DNA of 64,000 nt from positions 8,184,001 through 8,248,000 of the forward strand of contig NC_092674.1 of the NCBI RefSeq assembly GCF_964355755.1. Reading direction: 5' to 3'. Of the stretch, positions 11,761 through 22,432 are shown in pieces (within the stretch, counting starts at the first letter, position 1; each line of letters begins with the position of its first letter). This DNA is from Antedon mediterranea. Its lineage: Eukaryota > Animalia > Echinodermata. The notes beneath the pieces are model-generated. The model did not search any database. It was not told the origin of the DNA and saw only the letters and a list, made by a program, of their open reading frames with translations. The position numbers were made by a program, and so were the translations under genes.

Positions 11761-11894
11761 ATTGTTTTTTGTGATTGTTGGTGTCATTTGCTGTTGATTC
11801 TCAAACCTATCTGCTACTTGATTTGTTTCTTGTATTTTCTGCAGCAATGATTTCTCAACGTCCATTAACGTTGCTTGGTAAAATTCTTGAATAT
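11761..11894 (-). CDS. dlg1: dlg1 coding exon 3, end of L27 domain (DIQEFYQATLMDVEKSLLQKIQETNQVADRFENQQQMTPTITKNN)
   Basis: 134 nt, phase 1-0. Acceptor tattttgtttttttatag|, donor |gtaagt. DIQEFYxxTLxD is the conserved continuation of the DLG L27 domain. Confidence 0.95.
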
Positions 11895-12669
11895 CTATAA
11901 AAAAACAAAATAAATATGCTGTGATATACTGACAAAAGTGAAGTGAGCCCTCTACATTTCATTAAAGATTATTCATACTTCTGTCTATTAAAGCCCTGCC
12001 GTCAACACAGAGCTTAATTTAGTCAATTTCATAATTAATTTATTGGAAATAATAATACATAAATGAAAACACTAATATATTAGATTAATTTTAACATGAT
12101 GTGTCGATCTGAATTTAATTTCAAAGATGAATTTACAATGGTTTCAAAATAATATACTACTGTGATTATTAATATTGCAGCACCTACACAACTTTTTTTA
12201 AATTATTTTTCCTTGCTTATAATTTCATAACTTGTTTCCACTATTTTATGTTTTTTTAAACCACTTTTATGTACTTTTTGTTTTTTGCACATCTGTAAAG
12301 AATTGTGGCTCTGTTGCAAAAGAGAAAACAATAAATTATTATTATTAGACCTTAATTAGGAGGGTGAAACATTGAAATCTTAATTCTACCCTTCCGACCT
12401 TTGAGACACACCTATTCAGGGGGCACTTTCCCAAAAAATGAATGATGAACATATTATATATGTTTGAACACTAACGACCACGCAGGACACTTAGTTGGGA
12501 CCCACAGGTGTACCCATAATACTACAGTAGTGGTCCTACTATAACTAAAACAAACAAAATATGAAGAATTAAGAAACAACTACAGTAGCATGGTATGAAT
12601 TGCCAAATTATGTAGGACTATTATTTTTTTTAATGTTGGCGCCAGAATTTTCATAATGGTGTTGTCTAA

Positions 12670-12860
12670 ATGGTCTTTCACACACTGTTCCGGCATGATT
12701 CCGGTCCGGCGCCAACAAATCCAATCGAACATCACGGTTTCGTTTTCACGTGGCTACGAGCATATCGATTGGCGCATAGCCATGTGGAGCGTTGTGAAAA
12801 CGAAACATTGATGTTCGATTCATCCGGATCGGAACCGTGCCGGAAGGTGTGAAAGACCCT
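12670..12860. mobile_element. Palindromic Harbinger-like MITE (GGTCTTTCACAC...GTGTGAAAGACC)
   Basis: Imperfect inverted arms of about 75 bp with TAA-like flanks. CpG-rich. Confidence 0.75.
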
Positions 12861-14589
12861 AAAACCAGATGAAGAAATAGTACATTACAATAAATCTAAA
12901 ATACAATGTATTTAGTACTGTAAATCTATGATAATACAAAGTAATTTATGATAGAGAATTTATCAATCACAGAAAAGTCACTACAAAGATAAATTAGATT
13001 TTCTAAATTCACTTTACTAAACACATTTTTTAGCTCGAAGGAAATCAAATCAATAAAGAAATCGGCTGATGATAAACACAGAATCTGACTGAACCAAAAA
13101 GAAAAAAAAAAACAGCTATTCACAATACTATTAACAGTGAAATCACTCTAGGCTATACTAAACAAAGACATAAAATAGAACTCCATCACTGTAATTACCT
13201 AGCCTGCAAAATGATGCATGGGGCATTGAAATAAAAATGAAAAATCCACGGAGATACTGTTTATTTCCCTCACAAGATTCGATGTAAATTGAGCCTGGCA
13301 AAAACAAAACGGATACCATACTGTACATAGGAATATAGTTTAATTTTTAAAGTTATATTGTCATGTCAAATTTTTTATGTCACATAAACATGTAACAATT
13401 CACTTTGATAAAAAATTGGATTGAAAAAAAAACTACTGAAAATCATTATTTCTGTTGGTTTTATTTTTTCTATGCCGAAATGAATAACTATTCAAATTGC
13501 AAAATGACCTTTACAATGTTGGATTTATATTTTTATGTTTGGGGGAACAATCTTAACCAAGTCACATTCTAATTTATAAAAAGTGTTTGTGTAATGTAAA
13601 CCACATGTAAAATTTTGCATATTCCTGAATGCAGTACTATAAACACTTTTCATTTCTTTTATATTTCAAATATATTTTTAGTAAATTTGAAAACTACTTG
13701 TAACAGACGTACAATAGACCTGTCACATCACAAAATTTTGTTTTTAAGTTAGTTCATACAAAATTGAATAATGTCATTTAAATAGCCAATTTTGTACCTG
13801 CCATGCCAATACTTTCACACAATGAAAATGAAAGTTTATTCACAAAAGAAAAACTAAACATAAATAAAAAAAATTGTTATTATTATTAATTCAAAAGTTC
13901 ATGAATTTATACTATATTTATAGTTTATACTTAATTCTCATTCTATATCTTCAGAGAATTTGACAAATCTGTCGTTATCTAAACCGGAGTTACCATGGAA
14001 ACTATCCTGGCTAACTAAGATGTCACAAAACAAGAAATTCATTATTTAAAGTCAACGATAATTCCTATGGATTTTGAAAAAGCGTTTGACAAGTAGATGT
14101 ACCTGTAGTTCTTTGCTTGATGTTATTTTAATGAATGTTACTGCATAGTGCCAATATCAACACATTTGGTAATCAATTATTAATCCATCTTATCTAGTTC
14201 ATTGTCAAGCTATGTAATTTAATATTATTTTTTTGAATTACAACATTTAAAAGTAGTTTGCTTTTTAAAAAAAGCAGGTACTATATCTATAAAATGAATC
14301 ATTTCACCTTGGCACAGTTTAGAAACATGAAATTTCATTTTTTAAAAGGGCTAACAATTTGGTACTTGTTTGTAGTAGGCCTACATAGTCAACCAGTGTC
14401 TCCTTAATAGGGGTTCTATTATAATTTTTTTATTTTCATGAAAAATATATACAGTAACCATTTCAGTTAGTAATACACAGTACTGTATATCCATCCCAAA
14501 GTTGACACAATTTTAGTTTTTAGAAAACAACATTTTGTAGGCTTCTATAAAGTATACAGTAAGTTCATAACTGCATCACGCTTTGGAAA

Positions 14590-14807
14590 GAAATTATCTA
14601 AAGAAAAAGTGTGATGTGTCAAAAGGTGGTGATATGCTCAAATATGGTGGTGATATGCTCAAATATGGTAGTGATATGCTCAAATATGGTAGTGATATTC
14701 CCAAATATGGTAGTGATGTAGTGATATGCCTAAATATGGTAGTGATATGCTCAAACATGGGCGCATCACATTTTTTTGTCACATAAAGTTATAGTGTGGA
14801 CAGAGCT
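14590..14807. mobile_element. MITE family A copy with its internal 21-bp unit (AAATATGGTAGTGATATGCTC) expanded to about 6 copies
   Basis: Right TIR gtggacagagct|taa. Tandem array ~14625-14760. Sibling copies carry only 1-2 units. Confidence 0.85.
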
Positions 14808-15586
14808 TAAGGTCTTCAACTGGAAGCATAAATTCTCCTTATTTCTTATTACTTAGAAATATTCTTTGACTTTGATAAGATAAACGAGGGTTCACAAGAA
14901 AAATGTGACATAAAGAAAATAAACGAGTTGTTAGTTTCGCTTGGAATATTCTTACATGTCCATAATTCATTTGATTGCAAGAGCTAGCATTTATTTTCTA
15001 GTCTTCACAATCCATCTTCTCTCATCAATCCTGACTAACTTAGTAACTACTGGAGCATGAAAGACTATTGCTGTAAATGGAGAATTTAAAATATGTTTAA
15101 AGTGTATTCTATCATTAGAAAAAGGGTATAAAAATATGGACAGTGATATTTACATTAGCCGAGGCATATTATTGCGATATTATCGACACATTCCAAAAGA
15201 CCTAGATAGGTTATATTATCACAAACCTCTTACGGGATATTCATCACTCTTCACCATCTTCCTCTAATAACAGTAACTTAAATACATCTACTTTATTTAT
15301 AGTCTCCTTAGGTTATGTTTTATGTGAAGTCTGAATATATCTATCATGAAAAATAATAGTAAAAATCTAATAAAAAATCAATTTTTAATGAGTAAGATAA
15401 GGTAGACTCATTCCTTAATAATAACAGAATGCCAAACAAATCATGTTACACTATAAAAATCCCATTAATATTATTATTATTTGTAGAAATAAAGCTCTGT
15501 CTACACTATCAAACTTAATGTGACAAAAAAAGTGTAATGTGTGTATACAGAACCTTAGGGACTTGCTGAAACTTTTAAAGACAGAA

Positions 15587-16017
15587 AGGGCTAGAAATTT
15601 ATTTTTTTAATATCCACTAGAAAACCTTTGCTAATTGTAACAAAAAAACTAACTAGGAAATGGTCAACTCAACTTGTAAGCACATTAAATGAATGAATTC
15701 TACAAAATGTTGATTTTACAGAAATTGGCAGAACAAGCCTTCAATGACCCTCCTAGCCACACCCACCAAAATTAATGCGCCAGAAAGTTACGTAGATAAT
15801 TGCCACATGCATAGAAATTACACAAACCAGAAATGGTGGTGGGCTTATGTCGGGTTTATCCAGGTAAGCAGGCACGATATAGACTGGTTAACTTTCCAGC
15901 TATGCTGACCCCTCTGGGATCGTCCCCTATATTTATTATTAGCTTTATGAAATGTTCAACTAGTAAGAAAAATCAACTAGCAAATTGTTAGTTTGCCAAG
16001 GTAAATTTTGAGCCCTG
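15587..16017. mobile_element. Decayed hAT-like non-autonomous element
   Basis: Termini agggctagaaattt ... aaattttgagccctg (CAGGGCTC-type TIR). TSD not clean. Confidence 0.5.
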
Positions 16018-16849
16018 ACAGTATTTATTCATATGAAAAGAACCAAAACTATCAATCTCTTTTACTAATGTTGTGATATTTAAACGATCTGACGTACTAA
16101 TTGAATAGTTTACCTGTTAATACCAATCAACTGAAATATTAAACCTTTACATAAAATTTATAGGATGTCAGATGTGTACAATCATAATAGGTCATTTAAT
16201 TAGTGCCTGTCACAAGTAAATAGTGTTATCATCTATAAAGTAATTCGAATTCTCACAGTCTTTAATGATGGCTCTAAACACTTCATGTAATGGTTGTTTT
16301 GGAGTTCAATCTCCTAGTTCTAGTTTTGTTGGCAGAAAAAATAGACAGACATTGTAGACTTGGCAAGGCTTGACATACAGTAATGACAATTGTATGTATC
16401 AGTTAACAACAATTAATACAGGCTATACAATTTTGTAATTTTCAAATGATAAACATTTGAATATATAATAACAATGTAATTGAAATATATTGTAATATAT
16501 GTTTAATCAAGAAAAGTTGGGGAATGCTATTGTAGTAAGGATTGGTGTTAAGTCGTTTGATATAATGTAAATTTGTAACATAAGAAATGGTGGGGAATGT
16601 TATGTTTAATGGGGAGTAGAGAATGTTACTTTCAGAGGTAATGTATTCCGGAAAAGGATGCATGAAGAGAGACTGTTCAGGTTTATATCTTATAGAGTAG
16701 CCCCCCTATTGTTATTATTATTGAAAACTAGTATCTCCTTAAAATAATACTGAAGGTGTGTTCCCTGAATAGATGTCCCAGATGTAGGTATGAGTGTCAC
16801 TGATGTAAATACTGTATGTCAATAAATATAATTAATATTATTAATAATA

Positions 16850-17140
16850 ATAATAATATTATTCTGGATTTATATAGCGACTAATGCTGAACATTATTAC
16901 CTCAGTCATTTTTTTGGGGATTAAACACGTATGGAAACATACTCCCATAATGCAGCTACTGTAATAATCAGTGCAAAGTTGTGTCTTGATCTAACCGGGT
17001 ACCCATTTATACACCTGGGTGGAGAAAGGCAAATGTAAGTAAAGTATCTTGCCTAAGTATACTAGCAATGTGGCGTGAGTTGAATTCGAACCTCGTTCCA
17101 CGATCAGTAGTCCAACGTCCAACACACTGCGCCACAGCCT
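16850..17140 (-). mobile_element. tRNA-derived CORE-type SINE with an L2-like tail
   Basis: Minus strand shows A box TGGCGCAGTG, B box GGTTCGAATT, core cttaggcaagatacttta...ctccacccaggtgtataaatgggtacc, and tail cgctatataaatcc followed by (TTA)n. Confidence 0.75.
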
Positions 17141-17809
17141 ATTGGGCTAAACTACCAGAATAAACACAGGCAATACCACTGTCTTGTAGGGGAATTCAGA
17201 AAAAATTGTTTGGGTTATGTTCTCCCCTTAAAGTGGATAAGGCCTATGTCGGTTTATCCAGGTAAGCTAGACACGTAATAGACAATATTCTTTAGATACT
17301 GATAATTTAATTTCTTACAGTCACTCGATCATTTTTAATGCATCTCAATTTGTAAATAATTTTCATAGAAATCCCTACAAAATATTTCAAACTTAACTGC
17401 TCCCAGGTTTCTCATGTGTATCTTAGCAAAAGGTACTTTTCGCACTCAACTGAACACACAAACAATTCAACTCGTACAGGGACACGCACAATTTCCGTCG
17501 TTAAAAAGAAATATTTTAAACTTTTAAAATATCCAGCTGGTTAAATGGAGCTATGCCAGGTTGTAAAGACACTGTAAATTACTTGGTTAGTACTGTGTAG
17601 AATGTCATTTTCAAATACACCAGGGGTTAGAAAATTGTTTATATGGAGGTAATTTGTAAGCAATTTGCCTACAGCCTTTTTCTAAATAACACTTAGCAAT
17701 GTGATGAACACAAATCCTTGAAAACATGATGGCAATATTTAGTTATATCTGAGATGACAAGCCTATTAAAAAATTGTAATTAACTGAACTGAAGAATCAA
17801 ATCTATATA

Positions 17810-19340
17810 ATGGCATTGTGATAATATGCCATAGTAAATCTGTGCATAGTGCCATAGTGTATGCTGCAAATGCTATACTTTACTGCATATCTTATGCCAC
17901 TGTTTATAGTGCTATAGTTTATGCTGAAAATGCTATACTTTACTGAATATCTTATGCCATAGTAAATCTGTGTGTAGTGCTATAGTTTATGCTGCAAATA
18001 CTATACTTTATGGCATAATATGCTGTATATCTTATACCATAGTAATGCTGCACCTTATGTCATAGTAAATCTGTGTATACTGTGCTATAGTTTATGCTGC
18101 AAATACTATACTTCTGGCATAGTATCCTGTATATCTTATGCCATAGTAATACTGCATCTTATGCCATAGTAAATAGGATAGTGCCGTAGTGTATGCTGCA
18201 AATACTAATGGCATAGTTTGCTGAATATCTTATTCCATATTATATAACACCTAAATAAATTCCTGTCATTTGATTGGACGATTGTGGGTCACATGGCGTG
18301 CAATAGTACGCACTATTCAACGATCGTTAAATAGTACTTTTTGAAACATTTTTGTGTACGAAAAAAAAAACGTCTCGCGGATGAAAAAAAATCTAGTACA
18401 CAAATTATCCTATGATATGGCTCTGTACTGTGAAATACAACAGCGCCACCTGTCGTCTGGTCTCAGTTTCATTTGTAAACACCACCGCGAGATATGCAAC
18501 AGCAGCAGATATTTGTGTACGATTTGGACATTATGTACTAATTTCATTCAAAAAGGCATTGAAATTAGCTTTAGATCGTTTTTAGGATTTTGATTAATTA
18601 ATGGGGACATCCCTACAAGACGTGGAATTGTTGGAAAAACCATAATTAGCTTAGATAAGTTCCAATTGTCTGTCGAAGTTTTGCCTTTCATCCAAGCTAG
18701 TACTACTAGGCTACTACGGTAGCCTAGGCCATGCTAGTATTAGGCTAGGCCTAGCCTAGGCGTTTTAGCCTTGCTAGGCCTAGGATTGTTTGGTCGTTTG
18801 TTGACATAATTAACACAAAAGTAGGTGTGTTTACGAAATCCATATAAATATAACATTTAATATAAAATTATTAAAAACCAAATGTTACTGTTTTTAATCA
18901 ATGTGTGTGAATTAAATGTAGTAAGCTTTGGTTAGGGCTACCTTTTATTTGATTCAAATAACTAGAATTTATTTAGATGTTATATAAAACAAATAATGAA
19001 TGTTTTGTATTCGTGTAATGGTACAAATAATGGCACTTGGTGAATGATGAAAGGTTATATCAACTCGGCTCATCGCCTCGTTGATATAACCTTTCATCAT
19101 TCACCTCGTGCCATTATTTGTACCATTACACTCATAAACATTCATTATTTGTATACTAATGCTGCATCTTATGCAAATCTGTGTATAGTACCATAGTAAA
19201 TAGTATATGCTGCAAATACTATTCCATATTATTTATAATACATACCTCAGGTATAGTATTATGCTGCATACTATGCTATAGTGTATGCTGTGCATACTAT
19301 GGTATAGCATATATGCTGCATATTCATCTGTGCCATACAG
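17810..19340 (+). repeat. Degenerate tandem repeat (ATGCCATAGT...TATGCTGCA modules) split by an inserted element at 18238-19158
   Basis: Repeated motifs tatgccatagtaaatctgtg and tatagtttatgctgcaaatactatactt occur on both sides of the insertion. Confidence 0.75.
18238..19158 (-). mobile_element. Longer (~920 bp) copy of the terminal-hairpin (Crypton-like) element
   Basis: Hairpin at ~18990-19152. Both ends match 1556-1874 in reverse orientation. A decayed third hairpin copy is at ~49865-50025. Confidence 0.85.
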
Positions 19341-19551
19341 CAAATTATTTTTTTCTACACAACGCAATGATTTATGAGAACTCATTTATACATGCAAAAG
19401 ATAGAAAATCATAAAAAGAAGGCAATACTATAGGAACATTAAAAAATTGAAGGATAGAAAAAAACACAACACAAACTCTTTAAAGTTTACTAAAAAATAA
19501 TTAATAGGATTATTTTAAAAACATAAAAAAAAACAAAACCAAGAATCTTAC

Positions 19552-19590
19552 TTGAGTCGTTGGCAGTAATAACTGTAGCATCTTGGATAT
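19552..19590 (-). CDS. dlg1: Candidate 39-nt cassette microexon of dlg1 (DIQDATVITANDS)
   Basis: Strong polypyrimidine tract and acceptor (tttaactgttccatttcttctctttcctctttttgtacag|), donor |gtaaga. Phase 1-1 with an open frame, so it fits between exons 2 and 3. No transcript evidence is available here. Confidence 0.7.
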
Positions 19591-19977
19591 CTGTACAAAA
19601 AGAGGAAAGAGAAGAAATGGAACAGTTAAATAACGACAAGTATTAGCAAGGACAAAGAAATTATGTTAAAGGAGAAAGCTAAACAGGTTAAACACACGAG
19701 GTACTGTACAAAAAATATGTTGTTAGTTTCAATATTAATACCATAGTTATAAAATTAACATTAAACAACATTAATAACTTTTGATTCTCGAATCTATATT
19801 GTTACCAAAACCTTCATCAGTTCATGTATCCATAACTGGTTATAAGCCCATTTGGAGGTGGGCTTATATGAAATGTACCTGCAATAATGTTGTTATTTTT
19901 ATATAGAAGTTTAAAACTTTGTTTTGTTTTTGTATTACTTTAAAAATAAAGATAATTAGAAATAAAAGAAAGTATAA

Positions 19978-20124
19978 AGTTCTGTCCACACTATCAAATT
20001 AGTATGACAAAAAAAGGTGTGATGTGCCCAAATATGGTAGTGATATGTTCAAATATGGTAGTGATGTACATATATGGGTAATCACATTTTTTGTCACATA
20101 AAGTTTGATAGTGTAGACAGAGCT
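19978..20124. mobile_element. MITE family A copy
   Basis: taa|agttctgtccacactatcaaa ... tttgatagtgtagacagagct|taa. Confidence 0.88.
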
Positions 20125-21438
20125 TAAAATAAAATACATAATCTCTTTACAGCCATATTCAGTTTACTCTCTATAATAATAAAATATACCTATTTGAACC
20201 CATATTCAGTTTACTCTCTAGTAAATTATATCACCTCTTTGGGTTTAGTACTTTAAACGTTAAAAAGAAAACAGTGGCATGGTTCATTATCAAGGTAAGA
20301 ATTTCAAATGGTTCAAATGGGAAGCAATAAGAAAGTATAGGAAATAATAGGAAAGGTAAAGGAGCACTTTAAACAAATTGTAGATCACAATTAAAATGTT
20401 AATCTGAAATTGAAGGTGTGTATTACTACTGTGTAATATCCTGTATTATTTAAGTATTTCGTTGGCTATGCTTTCTTTGTGGTTTAATTGATTCCTGTAC
20501 AAGGAAATATAAGGACTGTGATAAAAGCCATTTTTTATTAAAATGTTGAACTTAGAAGAAGGGCCTGTTTAATTACTATTCAAATGAAAGTACATAGTAT
20601 TGAAAAAAAAACAGTATTGGTGTCAGTGCCTTTAGAAGATGTCTCATAAAAAACACAAATAAAAAGAGCTGACCTTTTTTAAATCACAATTGATGATTCC
20701 ATAAAGTAGTTTATGCTTTCAATTTCATTTTTTTTTTTTTTTTCAGCAGACAAATATAATGTTGTGTAAACAGCACCCTCAGTACATGATAATAATAGAC
20801 ATCCAACAACATAAGGTCATAAATAAAAATTGTAAGTTTCATGTTCATGATTTTTTCCTGATGAGGGGTCTTTACTAACTATATAGATTATGATGTACTG
20901 TACGAATACGCTTTACGAATATGAAATGGGGATCAGCTCAAAAGTTTCACAAATGTATGACATATCCGTTTTCGTTATCGTATTCGTAAGGTTGCGAAAC
21001 CTCCCTAATAGTGGGAAAAAACAATATGCAGCTCAAAAAGTTGATAAGGAAAGAGTTGTGAAACTTATTTTATTTGCCCTTAGGTTATACTTTACATTGA
21101 CTCTGTTCTCAGATCTTAGCCGCTTGCTAATCTAATGAATTCTTGTCTAGGATGAATCTAATGTTTCAATGATAATGGCAAAACAAACACCAGGCTTCCT
21201 AATTGAATCATCCGAATCAATGGAAGAATACATTTTGATAATGGCATCTCGTCCCATTAATAGAGGCTATACACTATCATTTTAATGGATCTATACTATC
21301 AATATATGACTCGTAATATCTTAAAGGTATAACCGTCACTCCTTGCTGTAAACTAAGTTATTTGAATTGGGATTCTGATTATAGATTAAGTTAGTAAATA
21401 AGTATACCGCAATCTATACTGTAGTGAAATGTACCCAA

Positions 21439-21977
21439 CAGTAATAGAACCCCTCCTGGGGACATCTCAATTCTGGCACATCCCTATTCACAGGCACAGG
21501 CACATCCCTATTCACAGGCACATCCCTATTCACAGGCACATCCCTATTCACAGGCACATCCCTATTCACAGGCACATCCCTATTCACAGGCACATCCCTA
21601 TTCACAGGCACATCCCTATTCACAGGCACATCCCTATTCACAGGCACATCCCTATTCACAGGCACATCCCTATTCACAGGCACATCCCTATTCACAGGCA
21701 CAGGCACATCCCTATTCACAGGCACAGGCACATCCCTATTCACAGGCACAGGCACATCCCTATTCACAGGCACATCCCTATTCACAGGCACAGGCACATC
21801 CCTATTCAAGCACAGACACATCCCTATTCACAGGCACAGGCACATCCCTATTCAAGCACAGACACTTTCCTGTACAAAATAGGGTAATGTATATTTGAAC
21901 ATTAAGGCCAACCAATTCAGGGGAAACCACATTTTGTTGGGTCCTGAAGGTATCCCCTTAATAGAGAGGTGCTACTG
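21439..21977. mobile_element. Tc1/mariner-type MITE (CAGTAGAACCCC...GGTTCTACTG family) carrying an expanded minisatellite
   Basis: Degenerate termini cagtaatagaacccctc ... agagaggtgctactg|ta. Related decayed copies at ~8195-8330, ~11330-11470, ~12385-12530, ~32137-32290 and ~32635-33040. Confidence 0.6.
21477..21862 (+). repeat. 18-bp minisatellite (CACATCCCTATTCACAGG)n, about 19 units, some with an extra CACAGG
   Basis: Near-perfect array directly visible. Source of the NRDVPV and HRHIPI ORFs. Confidence 0.97.
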
Positions 21978-22432
21978 TATTTTTACATCATCAGTATCAA
22001 CATGTACTGTAGGTCTAGTACGTACTGGTGGTTTACAATCTATTCACACCTATGGAGGTATGGTTGCAGTACTGCATGTAATGTAAAACTCTATACAATA
22101 CTGTAAGATCTTTTGTACAACACTTTTACAGTATGAAAATTATACTTACGATACAAATCGATTCCTGAATGTTCTCCCAATCATTGACACTTAGATTTGT
22201 AATACGTTATATAAATTTGTATCCATGGTTTTATTGAAAATATGGATAAATAGCGACCATTATATATTTGGTAAATTATATATAAAACTAATTTCCTAAA
22301 TTGGAAAAATGGCAGTGTAAACCTTAGAAATCAATATGTTTTTTCTACTATAGTATAAAATAAATTAACTTAGAGAATTCTATTATTATTGTTATTATTA
22401 TATAAAAGTCTAAGTATGCTATACAGTATACA

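Noticed and set aside
14057-14095. Reverse-transcriptase motif MDFEKAFDK (+ strand)
   Set aside because: About ten codons followed by a stop. Possibly a LINE crumb but too short to call.
21477-21862. CRISPR-like periodicity (also 4805-5058, 5195-5500 and 14625-14760)
   Set aside because: These are head-to-tail tandem units without unique spacers, in a eukaryotic context with no cas genes.
21414-21887. ORFs of 135 and 152 aa with NRDVPV and HRHIPI repeats
   Set aside because: They are translations of a stop-free 18-bp minisatellite inside a MITE, with no splice or homology support.
22150-22184. Possible alternative first exon MIGRTFRNRFV with a gtaagt donor (minus strand)
   Set aside because: It ends in phase 2, incompatible with the phase-1 acceptors at 19590 and 11894, and has no homology support.
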